Assembly (NCBI GenBank): GCA_964468645.1
Contig: CAYXUU010000003.1
Span: 101,874-165,873 of the forward strand
Source of the DNA: an uncultured Bacteroidales bacterium
GTDB taxonomy: Bacteria > Bacteroidota > Bacteroidia > Bacteroidales > JAIOZK01
Direction: 5' to 3'
Length of the DNA: 64,000 nucleotides
The notes beneath the pieces were generated by a model. The model ran no database searches and was not told the origin of the DNA. It was given only the letters and a program-made list of their open reading frames with translations. The position numbers were made by a program, and so were the translations under genes. Of this stretch, positions 1-8,331 are shown in pieces. How positions within the stretch are numbered: position 1 is the first letter of the stretch; each line of letters starts with the position of its first letter.

Positions 1-155
1 AAGACCAATAATTCAAATCAAAATTCCAAACGCTTGCTATCAGCCGGTTTTGGTTATTGGTTTTTTGGAATTGTTATTTATTTGTTATTTGGAATTTGTT
101 ATTTGAGATTTAACAACTGCATTATCACTGCACAATATTACACTGTGTCACTCGC

Positions 156-1079
156 ATGAATATTTCAATCCAAACACATAATATCAACTTGTCCTATAAG
201 GATACTGTTGCCCTGAAAGATATAAATCTGGAGGTAGGCAAAGGTGAATTGTTTGGATTAATAGGATCGGATGGTGCGGGCAAAACATCATTGTTCAGGA
301 TTATTGCTACGTTGTTAATTCCTGATTCAGGGCATGCAAGTGTTGAAGGATTCGATATCGTTTCGGAGTATAAAAAGATAAGAAGGATTGTGGGCTATAT
401 GCCTGGCAGGTTTTCATTATACCAGGATTTATCTGTTATTGAGAACCTGAATTTTTATGCAAGTATTTTCAATACCACCCTGGAGAAAAACTATTATCTC
501 ATTAGGGATATTTATCAACAGATCGAACCTTTTAAAAAACGTCTTGCCGGAAGGTTGTCGGGTGGGATGAAACAAAAGCTGGCCCTGTGTTGTGCCCTGA
601 TTCATAGCCCGGATGTTCTTTTACTGGATGAACCAACAACAGGTGTTGATGCCGTTTCAAGAAAAGAATTCTGGGAGATGCTTAAAAAGCTTCAGGAAAA
701 CGGCATCACCATCATTGTTTCAACACCCTATATGGATGAGGCCGGTTTGTGCGACAGGGTTGCCCTGATCCAGAAAGGGGAAATAATGAGGGTTGACAAA
801 CCTGCATCCATTGTTGCGGCCTACCCCTACCCGATTTTCGCTGTAAAAACTGATAATATGTTTAAGGTCGTTGATGATCTCAGATCATATACTGATGCAA
901 TAGCAGCATACCGCTTTGGGGATAGTATTCATCTTAGCCTTAAACAGGATGCCCCTCAAATGAAAAATGTTTCTGGGTTTCTGAACAACAAAGGATACAA
1001 AGAGGTTGAAATAGAAGCCATAAAACCTGAAATTGAAGATTGTTTTATGTTGTTAATGGAGGAGAATACAAAGGAATGA
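156..1079 (+). CDS. ABC transporter ATP-binding protein
   Basis: 307-aa ORF with Walker A GSDGAGKTS, ABC signature LSGGMKQKL and Walker B LLLDEPT. Its stop overlaps the next start (ATGA at 1076-1079). Confidence 0.9.
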   Translation: MNISIQTHNINLSYKDTVALKDINLEVGKGELFGLIGSDGAGKTSLFRIIATLLIPDSGHASVEGFDIVSEYKKIRRIVGYMPGRFSLYQDLSVIENLNFYASIFNTTLEKNYYLIRDIYQQIEPFKKRLAGRLSGGMKQKLALCCALIHSPDVLLLDEPTTGVDAVSRKEFWEMLKKLQENGITIIVSTPYMDEAGLCDRVALIQKGEIMRVDKPASIVAAYPYPIFAVKTDNMFKVVDDLRSYTDAIAAYRFGDSIHLSLKQDAPQMKNVSGFLNNKGYKEVEIEAIKPEIEDCFMLLMEENTKE

Positions 1080-1804
1080 ATAACAGGCATATCATCGAAG
1101 TCAGTAACCTGGTAAAAAAGTTCGGAAGTTTTGTAGCCAACGATCGTCTGTCTTTTTATGTAAACAAAGGTGAAATATTTGGTTTCCTTGGCGCCAATGG
1201 CGCAGGCAAAACCACTGCAATCAAGATCCTGTGTGGGTTGTCTTCCCCAACATCCGGAAAGGTAATCGTTGCAGGTTATGATGTTAATAAACAGCCCGAT
1301 AAAATCAAGGAAAATATTGGTTATATGAGTCAGAAGTTTTCACTCTATGAAGACCTTACAGTAAAGGAAAACTTCAGGTTTTACGGTGGGATTTATGGTT
1401 TATCGGGAACAACTATAAAATCACAAACCGATTATTTCCTGACCAAACTAGACCTGCAGCATGTTGGTAACACGGTGTTGAGTTCAATACCACTGGGCTG
1501 GAAGCAAAAGCTTGCATTCTCCGTAGCCATAATGCATAATCCGGAGATTGTATTTCTAGATGAGCCCACCGGTGGTGTTGATCCTATAACCAGGCGTCAG
1601 TTCTGGGATATGATCTATGAAACAGCAGCCGATGGGATAACCATTTTTGTTACAACACATTATATGGATGAGGCAGAATATTGCAACAGGGTGTCAATTA
1701 TGGTTGATGGTAGAATAGAAGCACTGGATACTCCACAGGCACTAAAAAAACAATTTGATGCAGATTCGATGAATGATGTATTTCTCAAACTAGCCAGAGG
1801 TTAA
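1076..1804 (+). CDS. ABC transporter ATP-binding protein (second ATPase of the same exporter)
   Basis: The ORF track starts at TTG 1040 inside the upstream gene. The first ATG at 1076 (MNNRHIIEV) overlaps the upstream stop. Walker A GANGAGKTT, Walker B VFLDEPTGGVD. Confidence 0.9.
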   Translation: MNNRHIIEVSNLVKKFGSFVANDRLSFYVNKGEIFGFLGANGAGKTTAIKILCGLSSPTSGKVIVAGYDVNKQPDKIKENIGYMSQKFSLYEDLTVKENFRFYGGIYGLSGTTIKSQTDYFLTKLDLQHVGNTVLSSIPLGWKQKLAFSVAIMHNPEIVFLDEPTGGVDPITRRQFWDMIYETAADGITIFVTTHYMDEAEYCNRVSIMVDGRIEALDTPQALKKQFDADSMNDVFLKLARG

Positions 1805-1805
1805 A

Positions 1806-2912
1806 ATGAAAAGGTATTGGTCATTTGTTAAAAAAGAGTTTTATCACATTTTCAGAGATACACGTACCCTGCTGATTCTATTCGTACTCCCAGTAATATT
1901 AATCCTGTTGTTCGGATATGTGGTAACCAATGATATTAAGGATGCTAAGATCGCCATCTATGATCCGTCAAAGGATCAGGTAACCGAAGAAATCACCAGG
2001 AAACTGCTATCATCAGGCTATTTTATGCTTGCTGAGAATCTTGAACATGCCACTGATATAGAATCAGTCTTTAAAAAAGGAATCTCCAAGGAAGTGATCA
2101 TCTTTGAAAGTGATTTTGAGGCAAAACTTTTTAGTGAGGGGGTTGCTTCAATACAACTTATTGCCGATGCTTCGGATGCAAATACTGCAAACCTGATCAT
2201 CAATTATACCAGTTCAATTATTGCAGATTATGTCATGCAGCTTAACTCATCACAAAAGATCCCATTAAGGATTCAACCTGAGATCAGAATGATCTATAAT
2301 GAAGAAATGAGGGGGGCTTATATGTTCGTGCCGGGAACAATGGCTCTAATTCTAATGCTCGTATCTGCCCTGATGACATCCATCTCCATTGCACGTGAAA
2401 AAGAACTGGGTACCATGGAAGTATTACTGGTATCCCCCCTGAAACCTATTCAGATCATCCTGGGAAAAGTCACCCCATATGTGCTTCTCTCACTGGTAAA
2501 TGCAATCTCAATAATCGTTATGGGTTATTTTGTATTTCAGGTACCCATACAGGGAAGCCTGTTTCTGTTGATAGGGGAATGTATGCTCTTCATCCTGTTG
2601 GCATTATCATTGGGTTTATTTATTTCAACAGTTAGCAAAACACAGCAAATTGCAATGTTCTTGTCAATATTTGCACTGATGCTTCCAACCATACTTCTAT
2701 CGGGTTTTATATTCCCTATTGAGAATATGCCGGAAATACTGCAATACCTGAGTAATATCGTTCCTCCCCGCTGGTTTATCATCATCGTCAAGAATATCAT
2801 GCTCAAAGGTACAGGGATATTGTTTGTATGGAAAGAAACACTGATACTGCTGGTTATGGTTATGTTTTTCATTGGATTGAGTATCATCAAATTTAAAGTG
2901 AGGCTTGCATAG
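1806..2912 (+). CDS. ABC-2 type transporter permease
   Basis: 368-aa ORF starting 2 nt after the ATPase stop. It has an N-terminal TM helix, a large extracytoplasmic loop and a C-terminal cluster of TM helices, as is typical of YbhS/YbhR-like ABC-2 permeases. Confidence 0.85.
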   Translation: MKRYWSFVKKEFYHIFRDTRTLLILFVLPVILILLFGYVVTNDIKDAKIAIYDPSKDQVTEEITRKLLSSGYFMLAENLEHATDIESVFKKGISKEVIIFESDFEAKLFSEGVASIQLIADASDANTANLIINYTSSIIADYVMQLNSSQKIPLRIQPEIRMIYNEEMRGAYMFVPGTMALILMLVSALMTSISIAREKELGTMEVLLVSPLKPIQIILGKVTPYVLLSLVNAISIIVMGYFVFQVPIQGSLFLLIGECMLFILLALSLGLFISTVSKTQQIAMFLSIFALMLPTILLSGFIFPIENMPEILQYLSNIVPPRWFIIIVKNIMLKGTGILFVWKETLILLVMVMFFIGLSIIKFKVRLA

Positions 2913-2915
2913 GAT

Positions 2916-4034
2916 ATGAGGAAGATACTTTTCATACTTCAAAAAGAGTTCACCCAGATATTCAGGAACAGGACCATGTTGCCTATTATCTTCATTGTAC
3001 CAATTGTACAGCTGCTGGTACTGGTTTATGCAGCCAACCTCGACATGAAAAGCATTGAGATGTATGTTGTTGATCAGGATCTTTCACCGGTATCACGCGC
3101 CCTGATCAATAAATTTGAAGGTTCACCATTTTTTAATATTGTAAACACATCTTTTTCACTGGAGGATGCGGAAAACAAAATAAAAGAGAACAAGGCAGAT
3201 ATTATCCTGAACATACACTCAGGATTTGAAGAACAACTTTACAGGGACAATCTCTCTGAACTACAAATACTGATCAATGCTATTAATATCACATCGGCAG
3301 GCCTTACCAGCGCCTATGCCATGAATGTTCTGCAAAGTTTCAATTCAAATCTTATAGCTGATAATATCAATTTTATTCAGATGACCCCAACAAAGAATAT
3401 CGATATCACCTATTCTTTCTGGTATAATCCGGAGATGAATTACAAGATCTATATGTTGCCCGGAATACTGGTCATCCTGGTAACCATTATCGGTATGTTC
3501 CTTACAGCACTTAACCTTGTCAGGGAAAAGGAAATGGGTACCATTGAGCAAATCAATGTTACACCCATCAGGAAATACCAGTTCATTGCAGGTAAATTGA
3601 TACCTTTCTGGATCATCGCGCTTTTTGAACTTGCTTTTGGCCTAACGGTCGGCAAGCTATTTTTTGACATACCCCTTGAAGGCAACCTTTTATTATTATT
3701 CGGTTTTGCTTCGGTTTATCTTCTTGTTGGACTTGGTATCGGACTATTTATATCAACTGTTTCAAACACACAGCAACAGGTAATGTTTATTACTTTTTTC
3801 ATATTCCTCACTTTTGTGATGATGAGTGGAATATTTACCCCTGCTGAAAGCATGCCATACTGGGCGCAAAAAATAAACTTAATAAATCCGCTGGCTTATT
3901 TCATGAAGGTGATAAGAATGATCCTTTTAAAGGGGAGTGGATTTTCTGATATCCAAAGGGACTTTTATTCTCTTTCTGCATATGCGGTTATTGCCCTGAG
4001 CCTGGCTATATGGCGGTATAGGAAGGTGGCATAA
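2916..4034 (+). CDS. ABC-2 type transporter permease (paralog of previous)
   Basis: 372-aa ORF with the same topology as 1806..2912 and shared motifs (REKE(L/M)GT(M/I)E, ST(V)S(K/N)TQQ). Confidence 0.85.
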   Translation: MRKILFILQKEFTQIFRNRTMLPIIFIVPIVQLLVLVYAANLDMKSIEMYVVDQDLSPVSRALINKFEGSPFFNIVNTSFSLEDAENKIKENKADIILNIHSGFEEQLYRDNLSELQILINAINITSAGLTSAYAMNVLQSFNSNLIADNINFIQMTPTKNIDITYSFWYNPEMNYKIYMLPGILVILVTIIGMFLTALNLVREKEMGTIEQINVTPIRKYQFIAGKLIPFWIIALFELAFGLTVGKLFFDIPLEGNLLLLFGFASVYLLVGLGIGLFISTVSNTQQQVMFITFFIFLTFVMMSGIFTPAESMPYWAQKINLINPLAYFMKVIRMILLKGSGFSDIQRDFYSLSAYAVIALSLAIWRYRKVA

Positions 4035-4220
4035 ATTATACCCCATTATTCCCCGCAAGGGTTTTCGAATTGCATGTATCCTTTCGTATATCGTGAACCC
4101 AGAAATCATTCCTGATCTCCCAAAAGGGTTACCAAAGTCAAAGCAAGCTATTCCTCTCACAAATGTTTAAATATTAAAATAACTTTTGAAAATTAGAAAT
4201 ATAATATTACATGTTCACTT

Positions 4221-4381
4221 AGGCATTATTACGAAATAAGTTGGACAAAGCAGGCGAAGTTATTTTGTGCGATAACAAGGCAAAAAACGCAGGCATAGCA
4301 GTTGTTATGGCGAGGCTTTTTAACGCAGTTAGCGCGCAAAAGAACAAGCCTGAATGGGTAAGTTATTTCGTAACAATGCCT
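4221..4381. repeat. 161-bp imperfect inverted repeat (rod-like hairpin); candidate structured RNA or MITE
   Basis: The arm AGGCATTATTACGAAATAAGTT (4221-4242) pairs with AAGTTATTTCGTAACAATGCCT (4360-4381) at 20/22 positions. Inner pairings are CAGGC/GCCTG and TTTTGTGCG/CGCGCAAAA. It lies between convergent genes. Confidence 0.6.
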
Positions 4382-4486
4382 TAACTAACAATTTATTTAT
4401 AGGCTTTCTAAAGTATAATCATTCTTCCAATAAACTCATGATATGACGAAAACTTATTAATGTTAGCGAGTGAGGTGCGCAGGTCA

Positions 4487-4621
4487 GAACAAACGACGGG
4501 CCGGCGAGGGCGGGGGCTGTGAAGGAAGACCAATAGCGCTTCCTTGACCTTGGCGATGGAACCAGGTTGTTTAAAATGAAAAAAGTATTCACAGACCCGC
4601 GGGCTTAAGCATCGTTTGTTC
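4487..4621. ncRNA. GC-rich structured element, candidate small RNA of unknown class
   Basis: A 10-bp closing helix GAACAAACGA (4487-4496) / TCGTTTGTTC (4612-4621) encloses GCGGG..CTGTG / CACAG..CCCGC and two local hairpins (AAGGAAG/CTTCCTT and ACCTTGG/CCAGGT). The region is locally much more GC-rich than its surroundings and is followed by a T-rich tract. Confidence 0.3.
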
Positions 4622-4691
4622 TTGATTTTTTGTTTCTTTTTTATCAAGAATAAAGATAGATGCATAGTAAATATACTTCTGAAAAATGTGA

Positions 4692-6311
4692 TTACAAACC
4701 CAATATCATTGAACAAACACCGCCGGGAATTTCAAGTTCATATTCTACATAATTGGTGGAATCGGCATTAAAATAATGCTCATACCAATGACCATCGAAA
4801 TACATGCCCATCACATAGCTGGCTCCCTGTTGAATTCCGCAGACTTCAGCAAAACCGTTATGAAGTTCAAACCTTTTGTAGCACCAATCATCTGTATTTC
4901 TTACCCAGATGTTACCTGATGGATGAATGATATAGGTGGTGTCTAAACCACAATATCCCTTAATTTCAATGCTTGTATTATCATATTGATCGGGGAAGGT
5001 ACGATAGAATTGCACCTCATGGATATCGTTAACACAAAGATCAGGATAATCATAATACTCATTATTGGTGGTAATATCGTTACAGGGTGTCCTGTATTTC
5101 ACATAAACGGGTATATCTCCCGGTACATCAAAAAAACGCACAGGCTCGTTTGAATAGCTTAATAAAATCGGCCTTGCAATCAATGCATTGTTAAATGTAT
5201 TCCTTACTTCAGCTATCCAGTTCTGGCTAATACAGTTCCATTCAATCATCGGAACAAAGTTAATCTGTAAACCCGATTCACAGGTTTCGGGCCACCACCA
5301 GTTCCAGCTTATATAAGATGTATGCCAGATTTCTGCGTTAACCTCATTATTATTTAACACCATACTATTTGTATCATAACTCCATGTGGTGGTTTCATTA
5401 TTGAACCTCCAGATGGGGATAGTATCGCCTGCAGCCACTCCAGCTTTACTAAACGGATTATATGTTTCCCCGGGGACATCTAAAGTAACCTGTATAGGCA
5501 GTTCAAGAACCGAATCTGCCATATTTATACTATTATCCCATATCCTGAGTCTTATAAATCCTGCCGGGAAACAATAAGCTTTCTTGATATAACCATTCCC
5601 TGTTTCTGTCTTCCCATACAACCCTCCGGGAAAATTGAGTATAGAAGCATCTTCAAGATTAGAAAAATGAATAAGTTCAACATGTAAGCCCCCTCTCAAT
5701 GGGTTACCGTTTTTACCCATTAAAACTGTTCCCTTATTGATTTTCACAATAGCTTTGTTATCCGGCAGTGAAATTTCAAAATCTTCTTCAACAATACCCT
5801 GATTATCGGTGCTGCCACTGTTATCGGTAATTCTTGAAATACCGTCAGGAAGATTCACTATATCGGCCATTTCTATATTAAAAACCCTGTTGCCTGTACC
5901 TGTAAACTCTACAGGAATATTTACAGGCATATAACCTGAAGTAAAAGCAGTGAGCGTGAATTTAATCGGATCGGATGCCGATGGGGTATAAACAGGGTTT
6001 AGGGCAAGGTCCATTAATCCACTATTAGTTCCATAGCCAATCCCTGGATTATGTTGAATCCCTGATACATCCATAACAACATCTGTATATTCACCACTAA
6101 TCCTGATTTCAACTCTTTGATCACCCGATAATCCTATCAGTTCACCAGTGGTAGCATCAACAAACCGAAAACTCAAAACCGTTTCAATAAGATCATAATT
6201 GATAACACGGTTTTCTGTTGCTCCGGGATTATCGACTTTTTTACAGCACCAGAAAATAACAATAATCATTATGAGGCTATAAACAAATATGTTCCTTCTG
6301 GACATCACCAT
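4692..6311 (-). CDS. hypothetical secreted protein or lipoprotein
   Basis: 539-aa ORF with an N-terminal hydrophobic signal ending in WCCKKVD. I recognised no catalytic motif. Confidence 0.7.
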   Translation of the reverse strand: MVMSRRNIFVYSLIMIIVIFWCCKKVDNPGATENRVINYDLIETVLSFRFVDATTGELIGLSGDQRVEIRISGEYTDVVMDVSGIQHNPGIGYGTNSGLMDLALNPVYTPSASDPIKFTLTAFTSGYMPVNIPVEFTGTGNRVFNIEMADIVNLPDGISRITDNSGSTDNQGIVEEDFEISLPDNKAIVKINKGTVLMGKNGNPLRGGLHVELIHFSNLEDASILNFPGGLYGKTETGNGYIKKAYCFPAGFIRLRIWDNSINMADSVLELPIQVTLDVPGETYNPFSKAGVAAGDTIPIWRFNNETTTWSYDTNSMVLNNNEVNAEIWHTSYISWNWWWPETCESGLQINFVPMIEWNCISQNWIAEVRNTFNNALIARPILLSYSNEPVRFFDVPGDIPVYVKYRTPCNDITTNNEYYDYPDLCVNDIHEVQFYRTFPDQYDNTSIEIKGYCGLDTTYIIHPSGNIWVRNTDDWCYKRFELHNGFAEVCGIQQGASYVMGMYFDGHWYEHYFNADSTNYVEYELEIPGGVCSMILGL

Positions 6312-6614
6312 AGATATGAAAGTTTATACAATCGAATGTTTACACAAATTTATAAATTAAATACCAGTTAATATCATACAAAAAGATCAGCAAGTAAATT
6401 TTCTTTTAACAAAGAAATTCAAGTTCCTAAACGAAAGAACAATATCAAACATGTTTCTGAAAAACAGGCTAATAGAGATTGGTATAAAAGTTGATTAATC
6501 GGTTCTGAAAATAATATTGAAACAAAAACAGCTGATCAACTGTTAAATATTGTGTTGATTTTTATTATTGGGAGTTATTTTATTTTATATTTTAGTTGAT
6601 CAACTCATAGTTTT

Positions 6615-8075
6615 ATGAATACTATGAAACATATTTTTTTGCTCTTCTGTTTTGTTTTTTTGATGTTGCTTACTTCATGTCTGGAGAACGAACAGAAAAT
6701 AAATAATATCCTGATCCGTGAAGCACCTGCGTTAACAATTTCACATCTTAACCGGATTGAAGAACGTGGTAAATTGATCGCTGCAACGGATTATAATTCT
6801 ATCAGTTATTTCGTTTACAGAGGGGAACCGATGGGATATCAGTATGAGATGCTAAAACTATTTGCAGGTTATTTGGGTGTCAAACTGGAGATCGTGGTAG
6901 AGAATGATCTTGAAAAGTGCTTTGATCTTTTAAACCATGATCAGATTGACCTTATTGCCATGAGTCTTACAGTGACAAAAGACAGGAGCAGGAAGATAGC
7001 TTTTTCAGATCCATATACCCAGACACGACAGGTCCTTGTTCAGAGAAAACCAGAAAACTGGAGAAAGATGAAAACTTATGATGATGTTGAGGCAGCCATG
7101 ATTAGAAACCATCTTGAACTGGCCGGTAAAACCATCGTCATACAAAAGAATTCTTCGTTCAAACAACGCCTGCATAATCTATCCGATGAAATTGGCGACA
7201 CCATTTATATTGTTGAAGATCCTGACCGTGAAGTTGAGGAGTTGATTCAGGCTGTTTCATCCGGGGAAATTGACCTTACAATTGCGGATGAACATTACGC
7301 CCTTGTAAACGAAAAATACTATTCAAACATCGATGTAAACACCCCGGTAAGTTTCACGCAAAATGTGGCATGGGCTATTAAACCTGGCAATGATTCATTG
7401 CGTATTTCCGTAAACGATTGGCTATCCGGACATAAGAACACCTTTTTGTCAAGGGTTCTTTACAATAAATACTTTAAAAATCCACGTTCTGTAAATATTG
7501 CTCAAAGTGAATTTCATTCAATTACCGGTGGAAAGATTTCAAAATATGATGATATTATCAAACGGGTAAGTGAAAAATATAATATCGACTGGAGGCTTCT
7601 TGCCTCGTTGATTTACCAGGAATCGGGATTTAAGCCTGATGCCCGCTCGTGGGTAGGGGCCTTTGGATTGATGCAGCTGATGCCAAGTACGGCAAGTATT
7701 TATGGAATCGACAGTACCTCTTCGCTGGAGGAGCAGATCACTGCCGGGGTTAAATACCTGAACTGGATTGATCAGCACCTGCCTGAAGATATTGATGAAG
7801 AGGAAAGGATAAAGTTCATCCTCGCTTCATATAACGCCGGAATTGCCCATGTATTTGATGCAAGAAGGCTGGCTGAAAAAAATGAAAAAGATCCCAATCT
7901 GTGGACCGATCATGTTGACTTTTTCTTGCTTAATAAATCAAAACCGAAATATTATCGTGATTCAGTGGTAAAGTATGGTTATTGCCGTGGTGAAGAACCA
8001 TTTAATTTTGTCAATGAGATCCTGGAACGGTTTGAGCATTATAAGAATGTGCTTGCTGATAGGGTAGTTCAGTAG
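6615..8075 (+). CDS. mltF: membrane-bound lytic murein transglycosylase F-like protein (solute-binding family 3 domain + SLT domain)
   Basis: 486-aa ORF with a signal peptide and an N-terminal periplasmic-binding-like domain. The C-terminal SLT motif is IYQESGFKPDARSWVGAFGLMQLMPSTA, followed by AYNAG. Confidence 0.85.
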   Translation: MNTMKHIFLLFCFVFLMLLTSCLENEQKINNILIREAPALTISHLNRIEERGKLIAATDYNSISYFVYRGEPMGYQYEMLKLFAGYLGVKLEIVVENDLEKCFDLLNHDQIDLIAMSLTVTKDRSRKIAFSDPYTQTRQVLVQRKPENWRKMKTYDDVEAAMIRNHLELAGKTIVIQKNSSFKQRLHNLSDEIGDTIYIVEDPDREVEELIQAVSSGEIDLTIADEHYALVNEKYYSNIDVNTPVSFTQNVAWAIKPGNDSLRISVNDWLSGHKNTFLSRVLYNKYFKNPRSVNIAQSEFHSITGGKISKYDDIIKRVSEKYNIDWRLLASLIYQESGFKPDARSWVGAFGLMQLMPSTASIYGIDSTSSLEEQITAGVKYLNWIDQHLPEDIDEEERIKFILASYNAGIAHVFDARRLAEKNEKDPNLWTDHVDFFLLNKSKPKYYRDSVVKYGYCRGEEPFNFVNEILERFEHYKNVLADRVVQ

Positions 8076-8331
8076 TAATTGCTGATTAACTGGAAATTAT
8101 CCAGAATACCAGGTACTCCATAACAGCCATTTCTCAATAATCTTCTTGCTTATTCAAAATTTCTGACTACCAATAGACGCTATTTATGTAATAAATAGTA
8201 ACTATTCTGAAGTAATGTTTATTCATTGTACAATTTCTTATACATATTTCTTCATATTCAAAATATTTTACTAATTTCACGTGTATATCACCATAACGTT
8301 ATATTGATATTATTATCAGATATATAAAACC

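Noticed and set aside
1040-1075. N-terminal extensions in the ORF track: 1040 TTG, 31187..31258, 33123 TTG, 34169..34210 and 60373 TTG.
   Set aside because: Each extension overlaps the upstream gene or a repeat element. Each is followed by an in-frame ATG that gives a canonical family N-terminus, so the starts were moved.
4487-4621. Assigning the GC-rich element to a known RNA class: SRP RNA because of CAGGUCAG and GAAGGAAG strings, or a fluoride riboswitch because of GGCGAUGG.
   Set aside because: The strings are too far apart and in the wrong helical context for SRP domain IV. The crcB-motif pairing partners are absent, and no downstream gene could be controlled. I leave it as an unclassified candidate.
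4408-4716. 102-aa minus-strand ORF across the 4.4-4.7 kb intergenic region.
   Set aside because: Its sequence (PRPRRPVVCSDLRTSLA) is simply the translation of the GC-rich structured element. It has no start context, and it overlaps the 3-prime end of 4692..6311.
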